Assembly: GCA_002712305.1 (NCBI GenBank) | Contig: PATE01000062.1 | Location: 1 to 63,381, forward strand | Source: Gemmatimonadota bacterium | GTDB taxonomy: Bacteria; Latescibacterota; UBA2968; UBA8231 | Direction: 5' to 3' | Length of the DNA stretch: 63,381 nt | In this document: piece by piece, positions 27,022-37,283 of the stretch | How the letters are laid out: each line of letters starts with the position of its first letter | Numbering within the stretch: position 1 is the stretch's first letter | The notes under the pieces: generated by a model | The model's input: only the letters and a program-made list of their open reading frames with translations | What the model was told of the DNA's origin: nothing | Database searches by the model: none | Position numbers and translations under genes: made by a program

Positions 27022-27957
27022 ATGTCACCGAACTACCGTTGGACCTGCGTTCAGGACGAGGCAGCCTTCGCACCTCGAGATGGCGCAGGGGCTCTCGTGT
27101 TTCAGCAGCGCATGTGGTTGTTGGGTGGGTGGAATCCTGATGATCCGACACACTTTCCGAAGGTCTGCAATTCTGAGATCTGGTCCTCTGCCAACGGTGT
27201 TGATTGGGAACTCCATGGACATGCGCCCTGGGAGCCTCGTCACACGGCCGGATATGCCGTCCATGACGACGCCATGTGGATCGTGGGAGGGGACTGCAAT
27301 CAGGGACATTATCAGAATGACATCTGGCGCAGTGAAGACGGGCAGGCCTGGGATCAGGTCTCAGCCGATGTCCCGTGGGCACCGAGAGCCCTTCACTACA
27401 CCGTAGCCTTCGAAGGCTGGATTTGGGTCATTGGAGGTCAGACGATGCCCGAGTTCGCACCTGGTGCTGAGGAACGGTTCCATGCGGATGTCTGGCGCAC
27501 CCGTAACGGGACAGAATGGGAACAGGTCACCGAACAGGCGTCGTGGATGCCCCGTGGGATGATCGGTGCGTCAGCGGTGAAAGACGGCCGCTTGTGGGTC
27601 CTCGGCGGTGGCACCTACGATACACCGACGACGCCTCAACGAATCTTCTACGGCGATGCCTGGTCAACGTCAGACGGTGTCGAATGGAGTTGCCATTCCA
27701 GCGATGGGTTCCCGGCGCGGCAGTATCACGAAGTGGCCGCATGGGACGGGCGCCTCTGGGTGATGGAAGGCTACCATGTCGACACGGGCAATCGGAACGA
27801 TGTCTGGTCCAGTGCGGACGGTGTCACGTGGGAAGAGTTGCCGGATACGCCGTGGGCTCCCCGGCACGCGGCCAGTGTCTACGTCTTCGACGACGCGCTG
27901 TGGATGGTGACGGGCAACAACATGACGTCAGATGCCTGGCGACTGGATCGCATCTGA
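27022..27957 (+). CDS. Kelch-type beta-propeller protein
   Basis: 311 aa with five to six repeats of the pattern (V/I)W(S/R)S.DG..W...........R......... .WV.GG. Confidence 0.7.
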   Translation: MSPNYRWTCVQDEAAFAPRDGAGALVFQQRMWLLGGWNPDDPTHFPKVCNSEIWSSANGVDWELHGHAPWEPRHTAGYAVHDDAMWIVGGDCNQGHYQNDIWRSEDGQAWDQVSADVPWAPRALHYTVAFEGWIWVIGGQTMPEFAPGAEERFHADVWRTRNGTEWEQVTEQASWMPRGMIGASAVKDGRLWVLGGGTYDTPTTPQRIFYGDAWSTSDGVEWSCHSSDGFPARQYHEVAAWDGRLWVMEGYHVDTGNRNDVWSSADGVTWEELPDTPWAPRHAASVYVFDDALWMVTGNNMTSDAWRLDRI

Positions 27958-27973
27958 CGGAGTCAGGTGCGTC

Positions 27974-29469
27974 TCATGCACCGCGTGTGGTTGGCGGCGA
28001 CGGCTCCCAGGCGTGGTCGACGCGGGCGATGAAATCTCGATCATCCTGCTGAATCAACTCGTCGAGTTCGGTGAGATGACTGCGAATCTGTGACGCGTAC
28101 GCCTCTACTCCCTCGTGCATCAGATCGTAGGAGTGCTCGAGGCTGTGACTGCGTGCCAGAATGCGCAGATGCGGATAGTGGTGTCGCACCTTGGCGGCCA
28201 GGTGGGTGGTGTGCTCGGGATCATCGGTGGCCAAGATCAGCAATTTGGCCTGCTCTGCGCCGGCGGCATGGAGTAGATCGAGACGCTGAGCGTCACCATA
28301 GAACACCTTGAGGCCGAAACGACGCACTGCGGCGATCTGATCCGGATCGAGGTCCAGGATCGTCGTCTTCACTCCATTGGCCCGCAGAAGACGGCCCACC
28401 ACGTTGCCGAAGCGGCCGAAGTCAGCCACGATGACGGGTGTCGGCCCGTCGTCGATGGTGTCTGCTTCACGGGCGGCGCCTTTGTCGAGGGCAAACAGAG
28501 GCTGCAGGAGTCGTTCGTTGATGATCATCAACACAGGGGTAAAGGCCATGGACAAGGCCACGACCGCCACGAGTGGATCGACCACTGCCGCGGGCAGGAC
28601 GGAATGTCCGGTGGCAAAAGCAAACAGGACGAAGGCAAATTCACCCCCCTGGGCAAGGGCAAAGGTGAACAACAGACATTCAGGAGCCGGAAGACGGAAC
28701 AGGCGGCTGACGATGGCGAGTGCGATCAGCTTCACGGCCAGCAGGGCGCCCACCAATGATGCGATCAGGCCAAAATCACTCTGCACAATGGGAAATCGAT
28801 GACGGCCCCCACGGAAATAAAGAAGAGACCGAGCAGGAGCCCTTTGAAGGGCTCGATATCACTCTCCAGTTCGTGCCGGTATTCGCTCTCTGCCAGCACA
28901 ACCCCAGCCAGAAATGTTCCCAATGCGGGAGACAGCCCCACCGCCCCCATGGCCAGGGCGATACCGATGAAGAGAAACAGGGCAAAGGCGGTGAAGATCT
29001 CGCGCTGGACTGTGCTGGCGATGAAGCGGAACACGGGGCGCGTCAGCAGTCGGCCGCCAACAATAATGCCGGCGATCATGCCGACGGTGATCAGTCCCTG
29101 CTGCCATCCGGGCAAGTGAGCGACGGGACCGGCGTGGGCATCGGCGCCACCTGTCTGTGATGATACCACGGCTAGCAGGGGCAACACGGCCAGCATGGGG
29201 ATGACGGCAATGTCCTGAAACAGCAGCACAGAGAAGCAGCTCTGTCCGGCCTGAGTCTGCATCAGGCCTTTCTCATTCAGGGCTGCAACACGATCGCCGT
29301 CGATGACAGGGCCAGAATGAGGCCCACAGCCACGGCCTGTTGCCAGATCAGCCCAAGGCCCAGGCCGATAAGGGTGACGAAGATCGCTTTAAGGCCCACC
29401 TGTAAACCGCCCATTCCAAGGATGGGGGCACGCAGACGCCACAACGGAGCAGGGCGTCGGTGAGGTAAT
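27974..29469 (-). pseudogene. kefC: Glutathione-regulated K+ efflux antiporter KefC-like (CPA2 + TrkA-N), N-terminally deleted and frameshifted
   Basis: The KefC-like sequence is split over three frames. ...RLWRLRAPILGMGGLQV...[10 protein letters not shown] lies in ORF 29277..29525. [28 protein letters not shown]...[10 protein letters not shown] lies in ORF 28765..29262. ...AQGGEFAFVLF...VIVADFGRFG...FYGDAQRLDLLHAAG lies in ORF 27974..28786. The first ~90 codons expected before RLWxLR are absent. The 5' boundary is approximate. Confidence 0.8.
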
Positions 29470-30037
29470 CGCCCGCTTCGATCCCCGACAGATCGAGGGT
29501 ATCGTCGAGCAGTCCCTGCAAACACGCGCGATACTGCTCGGCAGCGCGCTCAAACATCTGCTCCCCTTCCTGCAGTGTTCCGTGGACGACGAAGGGAGGC
29601 AGATAGTGCATCCCGCAGAAGTTGGCCGTCTGTTCGAAGGGTGTCAGCAATTGACATACATGGAAACGATTGACCCCATCGGGCCCATAAGCGTCCGAGC
29701 CCCCTCCTGTGTTGGTGGCGGAGCAGTTTCTTACCATGCAGAGCGTGGCCACCCTCGCCGAAGGCGAAGCCGTATTGGAGGACGAGATCCTACCATTCTT
29801 TCAACAGGCCGGAGCGCTGTACCAGTAGAACGGATGTTGGAAGACGATGAACTCGTGATCGCGGAGGGCCTGCTGCTCGGCGGCGACGACGTCGATGTTG
29901 AAATCGAGGTATTATTCGTACAGATCCTGAAATGTCACACCCGGCAGATCTCGTACCGCATCGATGAGTCATCGATTGATCCGTGAGCGATGGAAGGCGG
30001 GATGGGCAAACAGCAGGTAGAGTCGCTTGGAAGCCAT
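29470..30037 (-). pseudogene. kefF: KefF/KefG-like flavodoxin-fold quinone oxidoreductase, heavily decayed
   Basis: From ATG 30037 the sequence reads MASKRLYLLFAHPAFHRSRINR-TGA(29969-29971)-LIDAVRDLPGVTFQDLYE-TAA(29912-29914)[35 protein letters not shown]. A frameshift follows at ~29806, then LLKEW-TAG(29790-29792)-DLVLQYGFAFGEGGHALHGKKLL. A second frameshift at ~29738 leads into ATNTGGGSDAY...PFEQTANFCGMHYLPPFVVHG. The 3' boundary is approximate. Confidence 0.8.
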
Positions 30038-30153
30038 GGCAATCCGGTCGGGTCAAGTCGACCGCAATGGTGCGATCGGGTCAATGGGCCGTCGGTGTTT
30101 GCTGAACATATGCACGACGCAAGCCGACTTCACCGGCTTGATGTGACCGCATC

Positions 30154-31989
30154 TCAAACGCCGGTGATGCGCTCCCAGTCCGGTCCGTCATAGCAGGGGC
30201 GGTGAGCGAATCTTCGTATCTGCAGATGTAGACGGGTTTGAGCACCAGGCCCCAGATCGACGGACAGATGACGATCGTTGACTCCGACCTGCGACGTGAC
30301 ATCGTCTGTCTGTGCGCTCCCACCGGTGAACGAGTGCTCGCCGAAGGCACCGGCCTGCAGCAATAACAGATGGCCGTGTACGTCGTCCGTGTTGACGAGC
30401 ACCACGTCCACGCTCTGGTCATCAACACGTTCGACGCGTGCGGCCATGCCTTCGGGCAGGCCCGGGCGTCGCCGCTCAATATCGTAGTACATCAGATGAC
30501 TCTGCAGCAATCCGCCATTGTAAAGGGCCGCCGGCGTTCCCATCGTCAGTTGAACAAGCCCTTCCGGAACGACGGGATTCATCCTCTGGAAGTGATAACA
30601 TTCCCGGGCCTCCGGATCGCTCTCATCGCTCTCTATCTGTTCGAGAGCCCGGTGCATGGAGGAGAGGGTCGTCTCCTGCACCTGGTCGGGAAATCCGGGG
30701 TTGCCTCCCTCGTTCCAGACGTGCCAGGCCTTTGGGGGGCAGATTCCTGCCTTGCCCGCACCCCAGTTGGGCGGCAGACCGGCAAAATGACTGCGGTCGG
30801 GAAATACCTCGTCGAGCCGGTCGCGATCCTCCGTACTCTGACTCAGATACGCCAAATGGATGTACAACCAAGGATCGGGATCACGAAAGTCGAACCATCC
30901 ACCATCCGAGTGCCGCGCTGGCACTTTCCAGCCCCCATCTTCCTCGCGACGCAGTGCCCACAAACTGTCTAATTGGGATCGGCACAGATCCAGCCATGAC
31001 AGATCACCTGTCATCAAGGCGGCGCAACTGCCGGCGACGAAGGCAGGCTCGGTGATGTTGCGTGCTCCATGCGGCCATCGCCAGCCGTAATACCCACCCC
31101 ACCACTTGCCATCCATGCGTTCGCCGATCTGACCGGAAGGCCCCACGTTGTCAGGGATGATGCCGTCGTTGGCATCGCGACGATCCATCCATGCCTGCAG
31201 GTAATCGAGGACCCACTGGCGATACCGGTCGTCCCCCGTGTGCAGATACGCATGGGTCACCAGGCTCGTGGAACTCAGATTCAACGGCACATCGCCGTGT
31301 GTCATGCGTTCGTTCACGCGCTGCAGGATCTGGTCGAACAATTCGTCGTCGGTCCAATCCACGCAGAAATGGGGGTCTCCCGCATCTCCGCCCGGCAGAT
31401 CTTCGAAGGGGGCCAGATAGTTGGCGAGGATCGGCCGATGGTAGTCCCAATCGGTGAGCGTCGTCTCAAGCCGTGGGCCATGGCTGCCATTCAACGGTGA
31501 TCGCAGCATCTTCCGATCGGCATCCCAGTTCGGGGCCAGTGGATCGTCTCCGATATACATGGCCGCATACGCCCGTGCCCGATCGAGATCGTCAGCGCGA
31601 CCCGGTTCGGACATGGACAGGTAGTAGATGTAGGGATAACTCTCGGAATGATGGAACCAATCGAAGCCGGTCACGAAACCGCGATCCACCGTGCCATAGC
31701 CCTCGTATTGGGCCGTGATGGCCTCCCACTCGCGCCGCGCCGTGGTTCTAATGTGGTCGTCACCCCCCACCAGGTAGAACAGGGGAAAGGACATGAAGGC
31801 TTCGTAGCCATTGTCCGTACCATCCATGCTTGTCCAAACACTGCGCTGCTTCAGAGATCCGTCCTCGCGCGTGGCGTGCCGGACAAAGCTATGGGCGGCA
31901 CGATTCATAGCTCCAATCAGGTGTCGTTGGCCGATCGCCCAGTTCGGGGCGGCGCGCCTTCCTTCGATGCCTACGTGCGCGATATTCAT
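30154..31989 (-). CDS. Conserved hypothetical 611-aa protein, paralog of 35385..37283 (putative alpha/alpha-toroid + beta-sandwich enzyme)
   Basis: Intact ORF with no signal peptide. The block LVTHAYLHTGDDRYRQWVLDYLQAWMDRRDANDGIIPDNVGPSGQIGERMDGKWWGGYYGW and the C-terminal ...NPVVPEGLVQLTMGTPAALYNGGLL...RRRPGLP...LQAGAFGEHSF are mirrored in the 632-aa paralog. It overlaps the upstream phosphatase gene by 4 nt. Confidence 0.7.
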   Translation of the reverse strand: MNIAHVGIEGRRAAPNWAIGQRHLIGAMNRAAHSFVRHATREDGSLKQRSVWTSMDGTDNGYEAFMSFPLFYLVGGDDHIRTTARREWEAITAQYEGYGTVDRGFVTGFDWFHHSESYPYIYYLSMSEPGRADDLDRARAYAAMYIGDDPLAPNWDADRKMLRSPLNGSHGPRLETTLTDWDYHRPILANYLAPFEDLPGGDAGDPHFCVDWTDDELFDQILQRVNERMTHGDVPLNLSSTSLVTHAYLHTGDDRYRQWVLDYLQAWMDRRDANDGIIPDNVGPSGQIGERMDGKWWGGYYGWRWPHGARNITEPAFVAGSCAALMTGDLSWLDLCRSQLDSLWALRREEDGGWKVPARHSDGGWFDFRDPDPWLYIHLAYLSQSTEDRDRLDEVFPDRSHFAGLPPNWGAGKAGICPPKAWHVWNEGGNPGFPDQVQETTLSSMHRALEQIESDESDPEARECYHFQRMNPVVPEGLVQLTMGTPAALYNGGLLQSHLMYYDIERRRPGLPEGMAARVERVDDQSVDVVLVNTDDVHGHLLLLQAGAFGEHSFTGGSAQTDDVTSQVGVNDRHLSVDLGPGAQTRLHLQIRRFAHRPCYDGPDWERITGV

Positions 31990-32732
31990 TGTTGAGCCTG
32001 CTGTCCCTGCTGTGAGGCTAGGACCTGTTCGCGTGTCTGGGCATTGGATGTGATCGCTTCATCGGGCAGGTGATCGGTGTCCTGCCGGCAGACCAGCTCA
32101 ACCTGACCATCGACGCCCCGGCAGCGGAAGGTGGACAGCGAGCAATTCCATCCAGGGATGGGTGGTCCGATCAACTCCGGCGCACAGCGGCGAAGTAGAT
32201 GGTCGATGACGCCGCCCGTGGAGGCCCCGTGACCTACGAGCAGAACATGGGATTCACTGTCCGGCTTGTCTTGTCGCAACAGGTCGTCTACAAGAGCGGC
32301 CACCCTCTGCTCGATCTCGGCGTCGCTTTCGGCCTGCATCGTCCACCACATGTCAGCCAAGTCCGGCGAAGTCTCGACCCTGGGATGCAGTTGCCCCAGC
32401 TCGAGGGTGGTGAGTCCGACGAAATGCTCCATCTGTTCCACCCGCTTAACGATCTCGCGCATGGCGGGTGCTGGGTGCACGGTGGTGTCCACGATCTCTG
32501 CTACGCCACAGGCGGTCTCCATCGTCCGTCTGTACGGAGAGGCGTAGATGGGGCCGGTGAACTCCAGAGCTTTGAGGCGATGTCCCAATAGCACCGCCTG
32601 ACGAAGCCCCAGGGCACTGAGAGGGCCATCTCCTGGAGGATAGTCGGCGTGCGTCCAGCTCTCGTCACTGGCGGGAAGAACCTGTCCATGGCGTGTGATG
32701 TGTAGGATGATCATGGACGTCAGCGTAGGCAA
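31986..32732 (-). CDS. Histidine phosphatase (phosphoglycerate mutase-like) family protein
   Basis: 248 aa. ILHITRHGQ (RHG motif), GLRQA and ASPYRRTMETA blocks. Confidence 0.8.
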   Translation of the reverse strand: MPTLTSMIILHITRHGQVLPASDESWTHADYPPGDGPLSALGLRQAVLLGHRLKALEFTGPIYASPYRRTMETACGVAEIVDTTVHPAPAMREIVKRVEQMEHFVGLTTLELGQLHPRVETSPDLADMWWTMQAESDAEIEQRVAALVDDLLRQDKPDSESHVLLVGHGASTGGVIDHLLRRCAPELIGPPIPGWNCSLSTFRCRGVDGQVELVCRQDTDHLPDEAITSNAQTREQVLASQQGQQAQQ

Positions 32733-32737
32733 AACGA

Positions 32738-33829
32738 TTGATGGCGTCCACCGATTCTCATGGCCCGAATCTCAGGCGCGTCTCTATCTTGGCGAGATGG
32801 ATGTTGGGTGGGTGGAACGCTCTTGAGGCACCCGCGTCTGACCAGATAACAAGCTACGAGGTCCGCCATTCGTCTAGCCCTGCGGCTCCTGCTGATCCCG
32901 CCCTGAAGCTCACCGTCCTGTGCAGCCCGATCTCAGCGGGGCACATGGTCGTCACTGTCGTCGACTCGCTCAGTGGCGAGCCGGTAGAGGGCGTGGAGGT
33001 GCGTCTGCTGCCACGGGGCTCCCAGAACGCGGGGGCGCCGTCGGTGGTTGGGAAGCGCGTGCCCTGCACGCCAACACTTCTGACGAGTGGTTGGTGTTGC
33101 CGCGTGTGCGGCTCGGGCGACAACACGGGTCGCGGCGATGGGTGATGGCCGCCGGCTGTCGGCGCAGCCGGCTCAGTACAAGCAGCTGGCCGTCTCCGGG
33201 CAAGACACGTCGAAGGCCCAGAAGGGCGGTGACGCCTTCCTCGAAATCGAACACCAGCGTCCCCGTTTTCGCTTGCGTGGCACCGGCTTCGTTCGCCGCG
33301 GATGGGATCGAATCTCCTGGACGACGCAGGATGTGGAGGTCCAGTACGCATCCACCAACGACAGTCGCAGCCGAGCCTGGGGAGCGGAACTCATGCTTCG
33401 GGGCCAGGTTGGGTGCCCACGGCCAGCGACCAACGTCATACGGCGACGCTCTATCTCGAGGACCAGATGAATCTCAGAGGAGGGTGGATGGAGGCGTCTC
33501 GTTTTCACATCCGTGCTCTCTACGGGTCGGGCTTCCCCTTAACACCGAGACTTCCCGTCCTCGATGCGGACGGCCAGATCGTCGGATTCACGTCGGGCGA
33601 TCGCCATGCAAGCCGGGACGATCCCTACATCCGTTTCGATGTGGGCACGACACAGGTCTTTTCGGTGGCGGGTCTGCAGATCGAAGTCCGTGAAGAGGTG
33701 GCCAACCTCTTTGATGAGTTCAACGCCGTGGGTTACCGGCAACTGCCCACGCCAGATGGATCGATGGCTCTGCTACCGCGTGGTCTGGGTCGCCGTGTCT
33801 ATCAGGGCGAGGTCAGCGTCAAATTCTGA
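32738..33829 (+). pseudogene. Outer-membrane beta-barrel protein with CarboxypepD_reg-like N-domain, multiply frameshifted and probably internally deleted
   Basis: MVVTVVDSLSGEPVEGVEVRLL (frame of ORF 32738..33145) continues best as ...HANTSDEWLVLPRVRLG in another frame, and then as ...GDGRRLSAQPAQYKQLAVSG... in a third. The last ~130 aa (ORF 33302..33829) look like TonB-dependent-receptor-type barrel strands ending ...VANLFDEFNAVGY...RRVYQGEVSVKF. The total length is far too short for a TBDR. Confidence 0.35.
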
Positions 33830-33908
33830 ATCTCGGCTCTGTCTTACGCATGGGATTCGAACGATGTTTGCGGTCCCAAAATGAAACGACGATCTGCGGA
33901 GATCTGAT

Positions 33909-35354
33909 GTGGATGCGACCAACACCCTCTTCATTCTTTCTGATCAACACACTCGTTCTGGGTTAGGCTGTTACGGCGGGATCGCGCAGACGCCGAACCT
34001 GGATCGGCTGGCCGAACGTGGTACTCGCTTCGATACGGCCTACACCAACTGTCCCATCTGTGTCCCCGTGCGGGCAAGTCTGGCGACGGGAAGATGGGTC
34101 CACCAGGCCCGCTACTGGGACAATGCATTCCCCTACGATGGGCAGATCCCCAGTTGGCATCATCGCCTGCGCGATCAGGGGTTTCACGTCGACTCGATCG
34201 GGAAACTCCATTTCAGTACAGAGCAGGACGACCACGGGTTCGCTGATAGAGTGGAACCCCTGTATGTCGTCGACGGCATCGGCGACGTCCTGGGCTGTCT
34301 GCGCGACGATGGACCCGTACGGCGCAAACGTGGTGGCATTCTCGAGGCGGGTCCGGGTGACTCGACCTACCTGCAGTATGATCGCCGCAATGCCGACCAC
34401 GGCGTGGAATGGCTGGAGGCGCATGGGCAGCAGGACAAACCCTGGGCCCTCATGCTCAGTTTCGTCTGTCCTCACCCGCCGTACATCTGCCCGCCGGAGT
34501 GGTTCGAGTACTATGCGAACCGTGATCTGCCCATGCCCCCCCAGTGGCAGCAGGCCGATTGGCCAACCCATCCCGTCGTCGACCACTTCCGGCGGTTCTT
34601 TGACCTTCATCCACAGTTCGAAGAAAAGCAGATCCGTCGACTGCTGGCTGCCTACTACGGAGCCTGCAGTTTCCTGGATGAGCAGATCGGACGTGTTCTG
34701 CATCGGCTGGAGACGTTGGGTCTGACCGATCGGACCCGTGTCATCTACACCTCCGACCACGGCGAGCACCTGGGTGCACGAGGGATCTATGGAAAGCTCA
34801 GTCTCTACGACGAATCGGCGGGAGTTCCGATGATCGCAGCGGGGCCGGACGTGCCGCACGGGCACGCATGTCACACACCCACATCACTGATCGACCTCTA
34901 TCCATCGATCATCGAATCGGTCGGTGCCAGGTCGTACGATGACGATGCCGGGCTTCCGGGTCGGTCTCTGTGGGCGATCGCCAACAACGCGGATGCGCAA
35001 CGGACGGTGCTGTCAGAGTATCACGCGGTGGCGTCGAAACACGGCTCGTACATGCTTCGCGACGAGAGGTTCAAGTACAACCACTATGTGGGGGCGCCAC
35101 CCCAACTGTTTGACATGCGAAGTGATCCGCAGGAGTTGCGTGATCTGGCGGGTGATCCCGCGCATGCTGAGCAATTGAAGGCATGTGAGCAGAGACTGCG
35201 TCAGATCCTGGATCCGGACGAGGTGGATGCCATGGCCAGGGCCGATCAGGCAGCACGGGTCGAAGCACTCGGTGGTGAAGCGGCGATCCGACAACGCGGC
35301 GCCTTCGACAACTCACCCGCCCCTGGAGAAGCGCCTGCCTTCCGACTGCACTGA
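33909..35354 (+). CDS. Cys-type sulfatase (choline-sulfatase-like), no signal peptide
   Basis: 481 aa with a GTG start. TLFILSDQH, the FGly motif CPICVPVRASLATGR and SDHGEHLG blocks. Confidence 0.9.
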   Translation: MDATNTLFILSDQHTRSGLGCYGGIAQTPNLDRLAERGTRFDTAYTNCPICVPVRASLATGRWVHQARYWDNAFPYDGQIPSWHHRLRDQGFHVDSIGKLHFSTEQDDHGFADRVEPLYVVDGIGDVLGCLRDDGPVRRKRGGILEAGPGDSTYLQYDRRNADHGVEWLEAHGQQDKPWALMLSFVCPHPPYICPPEWFEYYANRDLPMPPQWQQADWPTHPVVDHFRRFFDLHPQFEEKQIRRLLAAYYGACSFLDEQIGRVLHRLETLGLTDRTRVIYTSDHGEHLGARGIYGKLSLYDESAGVPMIAAGPDVPHGHACHTPTSLIDLYPSIIESVGARSYDDDAGLPGRSLWAIANNADAQRTVLSEYHAVASKHGSYMLRDERFKYNHYVGAPPQLFDMRSDPQELRDLAGDPAHAEQLKACEQRLRQILDPDEVDAMARADQAARVEALGGEAAIRQRGAFDNSPAPGEAPAFRLH

Positions 35355-35384
35355 CGTCGATCTGAGGCTCAGCCGCTCTACGAC

Positions 35385-37283
35385 CTACTTTGGTGGTGCG
35401 TAGGAGGGGGTCCGGCAGAAGCGGTGCAGGCCGAGATCCATCCGAATCGAGGTCCCCGGTGGAAGACAGACCTCCACCATCGGGGCGTCAATCTGTTGGG
35501 TGGTCTGGTCGATGTCGGGGATCTCACGCAGCCATCGATAGGAGCTTTCGCGCAGCATGGTCACGTCCTGATGGTTGTGTTCGACCGTCGTGAACCGATG
35601 CTCACCGAAGGCGCCTGCCTGGACGGCGAGTTGTCGGGTTGCCCCTGAATGGGTATTCACCAACTCGACACCGACCCGATCAGCCGCCAGATCAACCACC
35701 AGAGCCGCTACATCCTGGGGTAGGCCCGGGCGCTGCCGATCGCGATCCCAATAGCGTACGGTGGAGCGCAGCAGCCCCCCATTGTAGACCGTCTGCGGAG
35801 ATCCCGTCGTGACCTGGGTCAGCCCCTTCGTCACGACCGGATTCGGTGGCCATTCGTTGGCTTCCAGCAGTTGCTCGTGTGTCCGTGAATCAGCCAGGAT
35901 TCGCTCCAGATGGGCACGTGCGTACAGGCCTTCAGCACGCAGAATTCGTTCGGGCCAGTCGGGGAGGCGATCCGCATAGTATTCGTAGCGTGCGGTTTCG
36001 CAGGCCTGAATCCGTCGGTCGGCGGCGGGTACGATGTGCCCCCAATCGTCGCCGATGGCACCTGATCGCAGTTGTTCGATCATGGCCAGATCATCGGCGT
36101 CGAGGGAGGCGTGATAGAGATGGGCAAACTCGAGCAGGCGGGGAGGCGCAAAGTCGATCCACCCGTCAGGACCATATCGTTTTGGCACCTCGAGGCGGCC
36201 GTCCTCTGCCGTGCGTGCATTCTCAAGGAGCATGGCCAATTGGGATCGAAGCAGATCGAGATAACCCAGATCGCCTGAGATCAGGGTCGCGCACTCGGCA
36301 GCCACCGTGAGTCCGCCAAAGTTGATATCGGCTGCCCAACGGCTGTTCCATCCGTACAGACCACCCCACCACTGACCCTCTCGGTGCTCGCCGATCTGTC
36401 CCGTAGGGCCCACGTTGTCTGGCAGCATGCCGTCGTTCTTGGCGATGCGCTCCATCCAAGCTTCCGTGTAATCGAGAACCCAGCGCCGATACCGTTCTTG
36501 TCCGGTGTAGAGGAAGGCATGAGTCACCAGCCCCGTTGCCGTCAGATTGGTGGGTGTGTCGCCGTCGAGGATGAGATGGTCGAAGAGGCGGACGATCTCC
36601 ATCGCCCGCGCCTTGTCATTCCACCACCCATCTTCCAACCGGTCGACGATGGGAAACAGGGAGGCCCGATAGGCGACACCGCCACCTCCGTACCCTGGTG
36701 CCAGGATCATGCGCACAAAGTCGGTGGCATCCCCATGGCCCCAGCCGTCACCGGCCCTCAGCAGGGGGCCGGCGCTCGAGGGAAAGGGAGAACGAATTAC
36801 GCGGTGAGCGGCGTCGTAGTTGGCACTGTTCGGTCCCGCAAGCAGATCCGCGAATCGCGCACTGTTTCGTGCCTGCTCCTCATGGTGAGGGTCAGCAACA
36901 CCGAATTCGTACAGAGATTGATTGCCTTCGCCCTGGTGAAACCACTCGAAGGCCTGGCCGAGATTGTAGTACCCGTCTCGAAGTTGCCCCACATACTCGG
37001 CATGCTCCCGACCAGGACCCGCTTGATCGTAGAGCCGACTGGCGCTCGTCCAGTCTTGATGGTGGAGGTCGAGCAGATCATCGGCGCCACCCAGGGCGTA
37101 GAGAAGGCCCCGCCCAGCGCGAGATTCGTAGACGTCGTCTACATCATGTGTGAATGTGGGGGTGCCGTCGGGCAGACTGTAGCGATCTGCCGCAGCACGA
37201 GCCGCCTCAGCAAGCGTGTCGAACAGATCACGCTGAATCAAGGCCCAACCGGGCGGAGCCGTGCGAACCGAAGCGGTGATCAA
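35385..37283 (-). CDS. Conserved hypothetical 632-aa protein, paralog of 30154..31989
   Basis: Intact ORF with no signal peptide. LVTHAFLYTGQERYRRWVLDYTEAWMERIAKNDGMLPDNVGPTGQIGEHREGQWWGGLYGW and ...NPVVTKGLTQVTTGSPQTVYNGGLL...RQRPGLP...VQAGAFGEHRF match the 611-aa paralog. It overlaps the upstream PhyH gene by 4 nt. Confidence 0.7.
   Translation of the reverse strand: MITASVRTAPPGWALIQRDLFDTLAEAARAAADRYSLPDGTPTFTHDVDDVYESRAGRGLLYALGGADDLLDLHHQDWTSASRLYDQAGPGREHAEYVGQLRDGYYNLGQAFEWFHQGEGNQSLYEFGVADPHHEEQARNSARFADLLAGPNSANYDAAHRVIRSPFPSSAGPLLRAGDGWGHGDATDFVRMILAPGYGGGGVAYRASLFPIVDRLEDGWWNDKARAMEIVRLFDHLILDGDTPTNLTATGLVTHAFLYTGQERYRRWVLDYTEAWMERIAKNDGMLPDNVGPTGQIGEHREGQWWGGLYGWNSRWAADINFGGLTVAAECATLISGDLGYLDLLRSQLAMLLENARTAEDGRLEVPKRYGPDGWIDFAPPRLLEFAHLYHASLDADDLAMIEQLRSGAIGDDWGHIVPAADRRIQACETARYEYYADRLPDWPERILRAEGLYARAHLERILADSRTHEQLLEANEWPPNPVVTKGLTQVTTGSPQTVYNGGLLRSTVRYWDRDRQRPGLPQDVAALVVDLAADRVGVELVNTHSGATRQLAVQAGAFGEHRFTTVEHNHQDVTMLRESSYRWLREIPDIDQTTQQIDAPMVEVCLPPGTSIRMDLGLHRFCRTPSYAPPK

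Noticed and set aside
29440-29520. The motif LLDDTLDLSGIEAGDYL resembles the HisKA dimerisation helix of sensor histidine kinases.
   Set aside because: Allowing for the disruptions, the preceding ~170 residues follow the KefF/KefG flavodoxin-fold pattern (…PFEQTANFCGMHYLPPF…). There is no H-box or ATPase domain. The motif sits at the decayed kefF/kefC junction, so the resemblance is coincidental.
2802-29792. In-frame TAG codons recur (2802, 3071, 3385, 10549, 29790), which could indicate TAG reassignment or programmed read-through.
   Set aside because: TAG terminates many clearly intact genes here (e.g. the stops at 420, 5222, 6908, 6931, 19266, 38092 and 47459). The same decayed genes also carry TGA and TAA stops plus frameshifts. 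Ordinary pseudogenisation explains the pattern better.
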